From: an uncultured Bacilli bacterium
GTDB taxonomy: Bacteria; Bacillota_I; Bacilli_A; RF39; UBA660
Assembly (NCBI GenBank): GCA_947588925.1
Contig: CANQAT010000001.1
Coordinates: forward strand, 1-57,370
DNA: 57,370 nt
Direction of reading: 5' to 3'
Below, piece after piece: positions 1 through 10,069 of the stretch. The position numbers were made by a program, and so were the translations under genes. A model generated the notes under the pieces. It ran no database searches and was not told the origin of the DNA. It worked only from the letters and a program-made list of their open reading frames with translations. Numbering within the stretch: position 1 is the first letter of the stretch; each line of letters opens with the position of its first letter.

Positions 1-99
1 TCGAGACTTTATAGTTTCGGCTTTTTTGATTTAATAATTATACATAATAAAAAAAGAGACTGATTATAAATCAATCACTTAATTTCCGAACAGCCCCTT
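1..99 (-). mobile_element. Outer ~99 bp (terminal inverted repeat plus adjacent interior) of an IS1182-like element that continues leftward out of the window
   Basis: Reverse complement of 1..99 matches 50167..50265 (left end of the IS at 50168..51085) at 97 of 99 positions. Terminal motif is AAGGGGYTGYTCGGAAATTAAGTGATTGAT. Confidence 0.8.
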
Positions 100-521
100 A
101 CAAAAACATAATTAAAGATGATAAGATTCGTTATTTGTTTTTGGATGAAATTCAGAATGTAGATAATTTTCAAAAAGTTGTTAATTCTTTGCGTGTTCAG
201 ATAAAGAATATTAGTGTATTTTTAACTGGATCTAATAGTAAAATGTTATTAGACGATTTATCATCTGTCTTATATGGTAGATCTGTTTTATTTAATATTA
301 ATCTACTATCTTATAAAGGAATTGTATTTTTAACCAAAAAAGATGGAAATATTAAATATATTCAAGTAACTTATGAAATGTTAGGTAATGATAATTCCAT
401 TGAAAGAGAGTTTGGAGCATATAAGCCTATTGAAGATAATTATCCAATATATGTTATTTCTCTTGATAAAATAGACTTATCTTGTGATGGTATTATTATT
501 GATTTTCTATTAAAAGATTAA
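100..521 (+). pseudogene. Remnant of an AAA+ ATPase of the COG1373/DUF4143 type, truncated at its 5' end by the IS and probably also internally deleted
   Basis: The frame stays open back to the IS end (~100) with no credible start or RBS. The Walker-B-like YLFLDEIQ sits at the extreme N terminus. Only ~130-140 aa remain, whereas this family is usually several hundred aa. Confidence 0.5.
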
Positions 522-680
522 TTTTAAAATAAAGTATTTAAATTGTACAAAATCATTAAATAATGCAATAAAAAATATACTTGTGATGAAACGAACTTAA
601 ATATCACTTAAAGAAACGACAATATAAATATATTTTTCACACTATTTTTAAATAATCATACTTTATAATAGGTGATTGTT

Positions 681-1880
681 ATGGATGAAAGAGCAAGTAA
701 AAAGGTCGTAATTGATGCTGGACACGGTGGGAATGATCCGGGTGCTAGTGGGAATGGGATTATTGAGAAAGAATACACTTTAAAGATATCTGAGTATATA
801 TATAATAGACTAAAAGAGTTAGGTTTAGATGTTAAAATGACTAGAACTACTGATGAGACTTTATCTCCAACTGAAAGAGTAAATAGAGTTTTAAATGCAT
901 TTGGTGATGATAGTTATGTGTTAGTTATTTCTAATCATATAAATGCAGGAGGTGGCGATGGTGCTGAAGTAATCTATGCCCTAAGAAACACTTCTACACT
1001 CTCAAACTTAATTTTAAACGAATTACAAAGTGAAGGTCAAAATATAAGAAAAGCATATCAAAGGCGACTTCCTAGTGATACTAGTAAAGATTACTATTTT
1101 ATGCAAAGAAATACGGGTAATACAGAAGCAATAACAGTAGAATATGGTTTTTTAGATAGTACAGGTGATGATGTAAATCAGCTAAAGAACAATTGGAAAA
1201 ATTACGCTGAAGCAGTTGTTAGAGCTATAGTAGAATATCTAAATCTAAACTATGTTCCAGTCCCAGGAGATAATTATTATACAGTAAAAAGTGGAGATAG
1301 TTTATGGAGCATATCTAAAAAGCTTGGTGTTACTGTAAACGAATTAAAAGAAGCCAATAATCTTACAAGTAATACACTCAAAATTGGTCAAGTATTAAAA
1401 ATACCAAGTAAAGAAATAATAGAAGATAACGTATACATAGTAAAAAGTGGGGATAGTCTATACAAAATAGCTCAAAACAACAATACAACAGTAGACGAGT
1501 TAAAAAGTTTAAACAACCTTACAAGCAATACATTAACCATAGGTCAAATACTTAAACTACCAAAAAAAGAAATGACAGAAGAAAATACATACATTGTAAA
1601 ATCAGGTGATAGTTTATATAAAATAGCAAATGAATACAATATTTCAGTAAGTGAACTTATGGACTTCAATAATCTAACAAGCACAAATCTTTCTATAGGT
1701 CAAGTTTTAAAAATTCCAACACAAACGAAATCAAATACGCAAGAAACATACACAGTAAAAAGTGGTGATAGCCTTTATAAGATAGCTCAGAAGTTTAATA
1801 CGACTGTAAATGAATTAAAAAGATTAAACAATTTAAAAACCACACTTTTAAGTATAGGTCAGGTCTTAAGAGTAAAATAA
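681..1880 (+). CDS. N-acetylmuramoyl-L-alanine amidase (Amidase_3 type) with four C-terminal LysM repeats
   Basis: VVIDAGHGGNDPGA and ISNHINAGG amidase motifs. Four tandem copies of YxVKSGDSLxxIAxxxxxxVxELxxxNNLTSxxLxIGQxLKIP. ATG at 681 is preceded by AGGTGA; the ORF track starts at GTG 672. Confidence 0.9.
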   Translation: MDERASKKVVIDAGHGGNDPGASGNGIIEKEYTLKISEYIYNRLKELGLDVKMTRTTDETLSPTERVNRVLNAFGDDSYVLVISNHINAGGGDGAEVIYALRNTSTLSNLILNELQSEGQNIRKAYQRRLPSDTSKDYYFMQRNTGNTEAITVEYGFLDSTGDDVNQLKNNWKNYAEAVVRAIVEYLNLNYVPVPGDNYYTVKSGDSLWSISKKLGVTVNELKEANNLTSNTLKIGQVLKIPSKEIIEDNVYIVKSGDSLYKIAQNNNTTVDELKSLNNLTSNTLTIGQILKLPKKEMTEENTYIVKSGDSLYKIANEYNISVSELMDFNNLTSTNLSIGQVLKIPTQTKSNTQETYTVKSGDSLYKIAQKFNTTVNELKRLNNLKTTLLSIGQVLRVK

Positions 1881-1884
1881 AAAA

Positions 1885-1915
1885 TCTTTAGTAATTTTTC
1901 TAAAGACTTTTTATT
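1885..1915. terminator. Hairpin plus T-run between convergent genes (bidirectional terminator candidate)
   Basis: TCTTTAG (1885..1891) pairs with CTAAAGA (1900..1906) and is followed by a T-rich run. Confidence 0.55.
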
Positions 1916-2419
1916 TTATAAATTCTCAAGTAAATAAGGAAATAAGAAGAATATAGCAGCGAATATAATTACAAAAAGTATAACTATAAAAACAACATTA
2001 GGACCACTCTTTTTTTCTTTTTTATTTACTGTGTTTTCAGCCTGTGTATTATTTATAAAGTCTTGTCTATTCTGATCTACAGTAGGAATACTCTGCATTT
2101 GTTGTTGTATACTATTCGCACTATTTATATTAGTTGAATCATTATTAGCTTGCTGAATTATAGGTTGCGGTTGTACTTGAGGCTGTATCTGTGGTTGCAT
2201 TTGTGGTTGTGGCTGTACTTGAGGTAGTGGTTGAACAGGTACATTCATTTGAAGATTTTCAACACCCTGTACTCCATTTACATCTTGTCTAGCAGGTTGT
2301 TCTATAGTAGTATTCATACCTTGATTGTTCATAACAGGCTGATTGTTAATATCATTTGTCCCTCCGCCTTGATATAAAGGCTGTCCAGTCATTGGATCAA
2401 AATTCATTCCATTATTCAT
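1916..2419 (-). CDS. Gln/Pro/Asn-rich protein with a C-terminal transmembrane anchor; function unknown
   Basis: Low-complexity PQVQPQPQMQPQIQPQVQPQP repeat. Hydrophobic C terminus VVFIVILFVIIFAAIFFLFPYLL. Confidence 0.5.
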   Translation of the reverse strand: MNNGMNFDPMTGQPLYQGGGTNDINNQPVMNNQGMNTTIEQPARQDVNGVQGVENLQMNVPVQPLPQVQPQPQMQPQIQPQVQPQPIIQQANNDSTNINSANSIQQQMQSIPTVDQNRQDFINNTQAENTVNKKEKKSGPNVVFIVILFVIIFAAIFFLFPYLLENL

Positions 2420-2430
2420 AAAATCCTCCT

Positions 2431-3216
2431 TTAATTACTATATAAAGTATCGTTGCTTGGCTTTAAAACCATTTGTTTTTGATATGTCTTTTCTTGAACA
2501 TTTTCATTTTCTTTAGTATTTTCATCACCTTTTATAATGAATTCACCATTTTCTTTTTGTATTTTTGCAATATTATTGTCCTTATCTACGATAATACCTT
2601 TATTTAAATCAACCCTTATAGGATCACTCTTGTCTTGCTGATACATAAGCGCAATACCGTATAGTTCTTTTTCTTCATTATTTAACATATCATAGTTAAT
2701 TTCAGATAAATAATTTAAATTAAATCCGTCATCTCTACTCTCTAATTCTTTAAACATGTTTTCTGTATTTTCTCTTATATTACTTGTTTGAAAAGATTCT
2801 CTTTCACTTTGCAGATCTTTCATTTGCTCTTCAATAGACTTGTTTTTATCAGAATTATCTATAAAGTACGATTTATCATCACCCTTGAAAGAATTATATT
2901 CTTTATTATCTATTTTTGTCGTTTTTATATTTTCTTTTTCAAAATCCTGTTTTGTTTTTGTTAATACTCTCATATTTTCAAGTATTCTTGTATAATCTTC
3001 TTCGGTCAAAGTATTTCCAAAGTGTTTAACAACATTTTCCATCCTATTATTTTTTAAGAAATTTTGATAATTTGTATTTTTGCTTATAAATTCTTCAAGA
3101 GAGTCGTATTTATTTTTATTGAGCAAATCCATAACTTTTCTAGATGCGGCAAGTTCTTGTGAACGCTTCATAGGAGTATCAAATATAGCTTTGTATTCTT
3201 TAAAATTATATACCAT
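2431..3216 (-). CDS. Hypothetical acidic protein
   Basis: Long ORF, 261 aa, tightly spaced with the downstream gene. No motif recognised. Confidence 0.45.
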   Translation of the reverse strand: MVYNFKEYKAIFDTPMKRSQELAASRKVMDLLNKNKYDSLEEFISKNTNYQNFLKNNRMENVVKHFGNTLTEEDYTRILENMRVLTKTKQDFEKENIKTTKIDNKEYNSFKGDDKSYFIDNSDKNKSIEEQMKDLQSERESFQTSNIRENTENMFKELESRDDGFNLNYLSEINYDMLNNEEKELYGIALMYQQDKSDPIRVDLNKGIIVDKDNNIAKIQKENGEFIIKGDENTKENENVQEKTYQKQMVLKPSNDTLYSN

Positions 3217-3319
3217 AAAATCACCTCTATACTATACAAGGCAAGTTTAACATATAATTTGCAAAAAAAACATAGAAAAAACTACTTAAATGTAGTTTTT
3301 AATCAAATTTTACATAATT

Positions 3320-4516
3320 TTACATTCTTTTTAAATAAGTTAAACATTCAACGTGGTACGTATTAGGAAACATATCAAAAGGCGTAATTTCTTCTATATT
3401 ATAATGTTTCTTTAACTCTTTTAAATCCCTTACCATAGTCATAGGATCACATGATACATAAATAATCTCTTTTGGATTAAGCTTTATAATATTGTTAATT
3501 CCTTCACTATTTAAACCATTTCTTGGAGGGTCAACAATAACTATATCAGGTTTAAAACTAGCCTTTAAGCATGCTTTTGTACTATCACCACATATAAAAT
3601 CAATATTAGATAATTTATTTATCTTCTTATTATATAAGGCGTCCTTAACCGCACTTTCATTTATTTCTATTCCAAGTACATTATTCTCATCACTCACAAA
3701 TATACCAATGGTTCCTGTCCCACAGTATAAATCTAATACGTTTTTACCAGTCTTAACATATTCTTTTATCTTATTATATAGCTTAGTTGTAGTATTTATA
3801 TTTACTTGAAAAAATGAGTCAGGTGATATAGCAAATCTATATTTACCTATATCTTCATATATATATTTATCACCATATAAATGCTTATAAGTATTATTAA
3901 ACTTTAAATAAATACTACTAGCAATATTTAAAATAGGTGTTATATCTATATCACTATCAGATGAATTTATAACTACCATAAGCTTGCTATTTCCAACTTT
4001 ACAAGTAATCTTATTTATATGTTTTAAATCTAACTCTTTTAAATATTTAATAGAATTATTTATAATCTCATCACTTATTACACATTTATTAACACATACT
4101 ATATCATATGTATCATTCTTAAAAAAGCCTAAATCTTTTTTTACTTGAAAAGTGACTTTGTTTCTATAATTAAAATTTTTATCACACTTAACGATATTAT
4201 TAATCTTTATATCATCATCTAAGTATTTACTAACTATATTCTTAATCTTATCCTCTTTAAACTTTAACTGGTTGGTGTAGCCCATATGCATTATATTACA
4301 TCCGCCACATTCATCATAATATGGACACACTATATCTACTCTTTCTTTAGATTTTTCTATATATTTTAAAACACTTGCCTCAATATAATTTTTCTTATCT
4401 TTTAATACTTTTATATCTACTATCTCTAAAGGCATGGCATTTTCAACAAATACAATCTTACCGTTTAATTTAGCAATACCTCTTCCATAATGGTCAAGTG
4501 AGTCAATTTTAATCAT
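3320..4516 (-). CDS. 23S rRNA (uracil-C5)-methyltransferase, RlmD/RumA family
   Basis: N-terminal TRAM-like domain, Fe-S cysteine cluster CPYYDECGGC, SAM motif LDLYCGTGTIG, DPPRNG, and catalytic-Cys region YVSCDPMT. Confidence 0.85.
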   Translation of the reverse strand: MIKIDSLDHYGRGIAKLNGKIVFVENAMPLEIVDIKVLKDKKNYIEASVLKYIEKSKERVDIVCPYYDECGGCNIMHMGYTNQLKFKEDKIKNIVSKYLDDDIKINNIVKCDKNFNYRNKVTFQVKKDLGFFKNDTYDIVCVNKCVISDEIINNSIKYLKELDLKHINKITCKVGNSKLMVVINSSDSDIDITPILNIASSIYLKFNNTYKHLYGDKYIYEDIGKYRFAISPDSFFQVNINTTTKLYNKIKEYVKTGKNVLDLYCGTGTIGIFVSDENNVLGIEINESAVKDALYNKKINKLSNIDFICGDSTKACLKASFKPDIVIVDPPRNGLNSEGINNIIKLNPKEIIYVSCDPMTMVRDLKELKKHYNIEEITPFDMFPNTYHVECLTYLKRM

Positions 4517-4540
4517 ACAACCACCAACACCATTATAGCA

Positions 4541-5152
4541 CTATTTCCCAGTTAATTTTAAAATATCGTATAAATTTTTATACATTTTACTAGACTTAGA
4601 TATCTTATTTATACTATCTAATATAACTTTTTTATTATTTTCGTGCTTCCCAAAACACTCAAAATAAATATAATTTAATTTCTTATCCTCTATATTTTTA
4701 AGTTCATTATCTACAAACTTTTCTTCGCTAATCTCTTTTCTTGTTTTAAATAGACTTTTCTCTTTTTTTATTATCTTATATTGAATTTCTCTTTCTTTAA
4801 TCCTTTCAATATTCTCTAGTATCTCTAACTCTTCATCAATAGATAGGCTAGATTTCTTTACGCTTTTACCATTCTTATCAAATTCTATTGCTATTATACT
4901 ATTACCATCCGTAAAAAGAGCTGAATAAGAAATTTTTTCACTCATATTCCATACTTCAGTTTTGTTATACATTTGAATTAGTAAATCTTCATCAATTTTT
5001 ACCTTATTATTAATTAAATTTTTTATAGTATCCTCATCAGTTTTAAATATAGGGATCTTTTTTATATGATATAGTTTATCACTCTTATTCCAATCAAAAA
5101 AATCATATAAAATCCCATTAAAGTTTAAGTATATATCATAAATATAGTTCAT
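4541..5152 (-). CDS. Hypothetical protein
   Basis: 203-aa ORF that overlaps the upstream small membrane ORF by 17 nt, suggesting operon organisation. Confidence 0.45.
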   Translation of the reverse strand: MNYIYDIYLNFNGILYDFFDWNKSDKLYHIKKIPIFKTDEDTIKNLINNKVKIDEDLLIQMYNKTEVWNMSEKISYSALFTDGNSIIAIEFDKNGKSVKKSSLSIDEELEILENIERIKEREIQYKIIKKEKSLFKTRKEISEEKFVDNELKNIEDKKLNYIYFECFGKHENNKKVILDSINKISKSSKMYKNLYDILKLTGK

Positions 5153-5354
5153 TTTTTCCTCCTATAGTAACAGATAAAATCATTATAACAATACCAACTA
5201 GCGCATTTAAACATTCAACTCTTCTAATTATAAAGTTTACATATTCAAAAAAATTATACCCAAAACTAAATAGATTTAAGTAACTAATTATATATACAAA
5301 TCCTATAGTAGTAAGTCCAAATCCTATAAGGAATAAAAATCCTCTAAGAAACAT
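5136..5354 (-). CDS. Small two-helix membrane protein
   Basis: 72 aa with two hydrophobic segments. It overlaps the start of the downstream gene. Confidence 0.4.
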   Translation of the reverse strand: MFLRGFLFLIGFGLTTIGFVYIISYLNLFSFGYNFFEYVNFIIRRVECLNALVGIVIMILSVTIGGKNELYL

Positions 5355-5438
5355 AAAACCACCTAATAAATTTTATTATATTGATACTTTTTTATTTATT
5401 ATTTAAAAAATTTATTATATAATTAATTAGGTGGTAGA

Positions 5439-6239
5439 ATGAAACTTTTAAAATACATATTTTTAGGATTTATACAAGGTATGACAGAGACAATACCAGT
5501 ATCATCTAGTGGACATTTGATGATATTTAAAAACTTAATTGATTTAGATGTAAGCTTTGATACTATTGCAATACTTACTAACTTTGGTTCGCTTATTGCA
5601 ATCATAATATTATTTTGGAATGATATAGTAAAAATTATCAAAGATTTCTTTAAATATCTAACTAAAAAAGATGAAAAGGCTAAAAGCGGTTATAAATATG
5701 CTTGGATGATAGTTTTAGGATGTATTCCAGCAGGTATAGCAGGTCTATTTGTAAGTTATTTTGATTTATTTGAAAAAATAGAAGATAATATAAAAGTGGT
5801 TGGATTATCTTTAATATTAACTGCTATACTATTGTTTATTATTAGAAATTTCAAAGGAAGGAAAGAAGATAATAAGATAGGTGTTAAAGAAGCTATAACA
5901 GTTGGGTGTTTTCAAATACTTGGGCTTTTACCCGGCATAAGTAGAAGTGGTTCTACTATTGTTGGAGGTATGAGTACAGGTTTAAAAAGAGATACTGCAT
6001 TTAAATATTCATTTATGCTTTATATACCTATGAGTATTGCTGCATTCATATTAGAAGTTAAAGATATAACTTTTGAATCTGGTTTAATTTTATATTACGC
6101 GGTAGCGGTATTAGTATCTTTAGTTGTGACTCTTTTAGTTACCAAATGGTTTAGACGTATTGTAAATAGTGGCAAATTAATATATTTTTCAGTTTATTGC
6201 TTTATAATTGGAACGCTTGTATTATTATTTTTAAAGTAA
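5439..6239 (+). CDS. uppP: Undecaprenyl-diphosphate phosphatase
   Basis: Signature motifs ETIPVSSSGHL and PGISRSGSTI in a polytopic 266-aa protein. Confidence 0.9.
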   Translation: MKLLKYIFLGFIQGMTETIPVSSSGHLMIFKNLIDLDVSFDTIAILTNFGSLIAIIILFWNDIVKIIKDFFKYLTKKDEKAKSGYKYAWMIVLGCIPAGIAGLFVSYFDLFEKIEDNIKVVGLSLILTAILLFIIRNFKGRKEDNKIGVKEAITVGCFQILGLLPGISRSGSTIVGGMSTGLKRDTAFKYSFMLYIPMSIAAFILEVKDITFESGLILYYAVAVLVSLVVTLLVTKWFRRIVNSGKLIYFSVYCFIIGTLVLLFLK

Positions 6240-6268
6240 TATTTTATAAAAATCAAAAAAGAATAACT

Positions 6269-6877
6269 TTACATATCAGTTATTCTTTTTACTTTATAAA
6301 TACCATGTCCAGAACTCTTTATATCTGCGTTATTTATTTCTTCGACAGTAACAGTAGTATTGATATTATAGAAATTTTTTAAATTATTTGTCATATCTTT
6401 ATAACGGTTAACTGCCTCATCATAATTTTTAGCTTTAATTAATTTCGTGATAGGTTTAATATATTTAAAAAATGCATTAGCAGCTATTTGATATTTCAAT
6501 GGATCATTACTTATATTTTTAGCAATAACAGGTCCAACTATATCGTATTCAACTAATATATCTTTATATTTTTCATCGTTTTGTAAAACGTTATTTCTAA
6601 ACCATCTTAAAGTTTCTATAAAAGTATTCTTTTCAGGCGCTTTTAAGATATCACATATTATAGTTGTTATGTAGCACCCGCCACTACTTTCATGATCTTT
6701 AGAATATTCCATTGCATTTTTAATCGAACCATTACTTCTTGAGTATGCAGTACAATATGAAGAACACTCAACATCATTAGCGGAATGCCTTTCACATCTT
6801 TTTTCACAATAGAACTTTCCATAACTATCTCCAGTACTTAAATCGAGATAAGTACATTCGCCACAAAATCTTGACAT
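6269..6877 (-). CDS. Cysteine-rich hypothetical protein: N-terminal zinc-ribbon-like cysteines plus a CYITT..LRWFRN-type domain
   Basis: CGEC..C..C..C..C pattern in the first 45 aa, then GGCYITTIICD followed by LRWFRNNVL. Confidence 0.5.
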   Translation of the reverse strand: MSRFCGECTYLDLSTGDSYGKFYCEKRCERHSANDVECSSYCTAYSRSNGSIKNAMEYSKDHESSGGCYITTIICDILKAPEKNTFIETLRWFRNNVLQNDEKYKDILVEYDIVGPVIAKNISNDPLKYQIAANAFFKYIKPITKLIKAKNYDEAVNRYKDMTNNLKNFYNINTTVTVEEINNADIKSSGHGIYKVKRITDM

Positions 6878-6963
6878 ATAATCCCTCCATAGTTAGATAT
6901 TTTATTACAAATTTTTTGATATGTCAAATTAAATTTATGGTATAATTAAGTAGGGTAGTATAT

Positions 6964-7350
6964 ATGGAAAAAATAAAAGATAAAGTTATACAATTAATAA
7001 TATATTTAATATCCTTTGCACTTAATTATTTAATATTTATATTGTTAATGTTTTTCTTTAAAAATAATATAGTAGGTATAAACATAGTTAATTTAATAGC
7101 TTGGGTTATTTCTATGTTATTTATCTTTTATATAGATAAGAAATTCGTTCCAGATTTAATAGATGAAAATAATAGTAGTGAGCTTTTTAAATTTATTCTT
7201 ATAAGAATTTTTAGTTTTATCATAGAAGCTCTTATAATATATATTTTCATAATAGTATTAAAAATGAACTATTATATAGTTAAATTAGTTAGTTTATCTT
7301 TACTATTCATATTAAATGAGTTTTATGTAAAACATATACAGTTTAAATAG
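6964..7350 (+). CDS. GtrA-family membrane protein
   Basis: 128 aa with four hydrophobic helices. Sits directly upstream of an LtaS-like sulfatase-fold protein, a typical pairing. Confidence 0.65.
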   Translation: MEKIKDKVIQLIIYLISFALNYLIFILLMFFFKNNIVGINIVNLIAWVISMLFIFYIDKKFVPDLIDENNSSELFKFILIRIFSFIIEALIIYIFIIVLKMNYYIVKLVSLSLLFILNEFYVKHIQFK

Positions 7351-7363
7351 TTGTTTTTGGGAG

Positions 7364-9295
7364 ATGTGTGCTTTAATGAAAAAAATTTTGCTTTGTAATT
7401 TATATAATTTTATATTTTTATCTTGGTTAGAACTCGTATTTCAACTAAGTGTTTTTGATGAATTTTCTAAGAGTTCTGTAATAAATATTTTCTTGTATAC
7501 ATTATTTTGCTCAGTACTAATAACAATATTAACCACATTTTTTAATAAAAAAGTAAATAAAGTAAACATTTATATAATATATACAATTTTGCCAGTTTTA
7601 TATAGTATACAACTAGTATTTAAAAATATGTTTAATACATTTTTTAGCTTTTCACTATTTGCCTTAACGGATCAAGCATTAGAGTTTAGCGGGACTATAT
7701 TTAAATTAATACTAAATAACATAATATTTATAATTTTATTCTTTGCGCCACTTATAATAACTATAATATTTAAAAATAAAATAGTAATAGAAAGAGTAAA
7801 AAATATTAAACATATACTTTTAGAAATTATACTTTTGCTTTTATCTATTACGACATTTCACCTATATTTAAACACTCAAAAAGGCGAGTATTTATCAGGT
7901 TATTCACTATATTATGAAGTAAATCAAAATTCATTAAATATTCAAAAATTAGGTGTATTAAATTCATATAAACTAGATTTATACCGAGTTATATTTGGAT
8001 TTAAAGAGAAAATAAAGAGTGTTAACACACAAGAAAATAAGCCTAAAGAAGATGATATTTTCGATTATGAATATAACAATTTAGATTTAAACCTTGATAA
8101 AATAAAAGATAAAAACTCAACAATTTATAATTATATCATACAAAATAGTGGGACTAAAAAGAATAAATATACTGGAATTTTTGAAGGAAAAAATCTAATT
8201 TACATAGTCGCAGAGTCATTTAGTGAAATTGCAATAGATAAAGACCTTACACCAACACTTTATAAACTTACTAATTCTGGATTTGTTTTTGATAATTTTT
8301 ATACGCCGAATTATTTAAGTACTATAGGTGGGGAATTTCAAGCTTTAACAGGACTTAGTGCAAGTCATGAGATATTGTCAACTTGGAGAAGTGGAAAGAA
8401 TTATTTTCCATTTGGACTTTCAAATGTCTTTGAAAACTTAGATTATAAAACGTATGCGTATCACGATCACTCAGGATATTTTCAAGATAGATATAAATAT
8501 TTAAGCGCATTAGGATTTGATAATTTTAAAGCGTGCTACTTCGGACTGGAAAAAGATATTAACTGCAATATATGGCCAGAAAGCGACGTTGAAATGATCG
8601 ATAAAACTACATCTGATTACTTGAATAGTGATGAACCATTTATGACATATTATATGACAGTATCAGGACATTTGGGATATACCTTTGGCAATGCGATGGC
8701 AAAAAAGCATAGAGATGAAGTAGAAGATCTACCATATAGTACTAGCGTTAAAGCATATCAGGCAACTCAAATTGAATTAGACCGTGCGCTTGAGTTATTA
8801 CTAGAAAGATTAGAAGAAGCAGGAAAGTTAGATGATACAGTAATAGTTATGTTAGCGGATCATTATCCATATGGGTTAACACTTTCTGAAATAAATGAGA
8901 TATCAAAGTATGAAAGAGACTCAATATTTGAAGTAAATCACAATAAACTTATCATATATAATTCTAAATTAAAAACAGTAAATATAGATAAGCCATGTGC
9001 CTCTATAGATGTACTTCCAACTGTATATAATTTATTTGGAATAGATTATGATTCAAGATTGTTTGCTGGAAGCGATATACTAAGTAATAATGAAGGTGTA
9101 GTATTATTTGAAAATAGATCTTGGATAAGTGATAAAGCAATATACGATAGTTCAAAGAACACATATAAAAGTAGAACGGGTGAAGATGTATCAAAAGACT
9201 ATATAGATCATATAAATAGTGTTGTAAACAATAAAATAGCATTTTCTAAAGAAATCATCAATAAAAATTTCTACTCTGTTATTTTTGAAAAATAA
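7364..9295 (+). CDS. LTA synthase family (LtaS-like) sulfatase-fold membrane protein
   Basis: About five N-terminal TM helices followed by an extracellular sulfatase-like domain (VAESFSE, MTVSGH, MLADHYPYG). The start could be 7364 or 7376. Confidence 0.75.
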   Translation: MCALMKKILLCNLYNFIFLSWLELVFQLSVFDEFSKSSVINIFLYTLFCSVLITILTTFFNKKVNKVNIYIIYTILPVLYSIQLVFKNMFNTFFSFSLFALTDQALEFSGTIFKLILNNIIFIILFFAPLIITIIFKNKIVIERVKNIKHILLEIILLLLSITTFHLYLNTQKGEYLSGYSLYYEVNQNSLNIQKLGVLNSYKLDLYRVIFGFKEKIKSVNTQENKPKEDDIFDYEYNNLDLNLDKIKDKNSTIYNYIIQNSGTKKNKYTGIFEGKNLIYIVAESFSEIAIDKDLTPTLYKLTNSGFVFDNFYTPNYLSTIGGEFQALTGLSASHEILSTWRSGKNYFPFGLSNVFENLDYKTYAYHDHSGYFQDRYKYLSALGFDNFKACYFGLEKDINCNIWPESDVEMIDKTTSDYLNSDEPFMTYYMTVSGHLGYTFGNAMAKKHRDEVEDLPYSTSVKAYQATQIELDRALELLLERLEEAGKLDDTVIVMLADHYPYGLTLSEINEISKYERDSIFEVNHNKLIIYNSKLKTVNIDKPCASIDVLPTVYNLFGIDYDSRLFAGSDILSNNEGVVLFENRSWISDKAIYDSSKNTYKSRTGEDVSKDYIDHINSVVNNKIAFSKEIINKNFYSVIFEK

Positions 9296-9324
9296 AGTGC
9301 AACTTAAATTCCGTTGCACTTTTT
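9296..9324. terminator. Hairpin plus T-run between convergent genes
   Basis: AGTGCAAC (9296..9303) pairs with GTTGCACT (9313..9320), then TTTT. It overlaps the last codons of the minus-strand ORF. Confidence 0.6.
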
Positions 9325-9993
9325 ACATAGACTAGCATTTTCTATATAATTATAAGAATAAAAACTTTTCATTAGCCTTTTGTTCAATTTAAAAAGTTCA
9401 ATCATATAGCTTTTCATAGCTATATTTATTTCATTAAAATTATCGTTTTTCACCATTTCTCCAGTTTTCTTACCTAATGCTATATAATCAATTAAAATTG
9501 TTTTATAACCTGTTTTTTCTAATAAATACATAAACGTTTTATTTAACTCATCTATGCTACAAGTAACTTTAGCATTTACCTTTTCTTGTAGTAGTGAATA
9601 GTTAGCTTTAATACCATAAGCTATATCAGAAGCTACTATATTCATAAGCCTTTCTCTAATAGATCTTGGACCAAAAAATCTTATTATTTGTCTATCATAA
9701 TTTACTTCTAATTTTATGAAATCATTAAGTATAGTATCTTTTGATAAATAACTGAATAAATCTACATTAACATCCATTTGGATATAAGATGGGCGATCAT
9801 CACTTAGCTCATTTGCACAACAGGCATGAGTTTTAAGTCCGCACTGCCACATTTCTTTTAAACAATTCTCTAAACCTAAAGATCCTTCAGCAAATTCTTT
9901 TAAAGCTTGTTTTCTATCATTAAGTGGTATTGTATCTAAATCAATAGGTAAGTGATTGTTATATTTCGTGCTTTTTTTACTAAAGTAAAACAT
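9304..9993 (-). CDS. Hypothetical protein
   Basis: 229-aa ORF. No motif recognised. Confidence 0.45.
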   Translation of the reverse strand: MFYFSKKSTKYNNHLPIDLDTIPLNDRKQALKEFAEGSLGLENCLKEMWQCGLKTHACCANELSDDRPSYIQMDVNVDLFSYLSKDTILNDFIKLEVNYDRQIIRFFGPRSIRERLMNIVASDIAYGIKANYSLLQEKVNAKVTCSIDELNKTFMYLLEKTGYKTILIDYIALGKKTGEMVKNDNFNEINIAMKSYMIELFKLNKRLMKSFYSYNYIENASLCKKCNGI

Positions 9994-10069
9994 AATAACA
10001 CCTTACAATCTAAAAAATTCAAATAAATCGCCTATATTATAGCACACTTTTAAATAAAAACAGCAAAAA

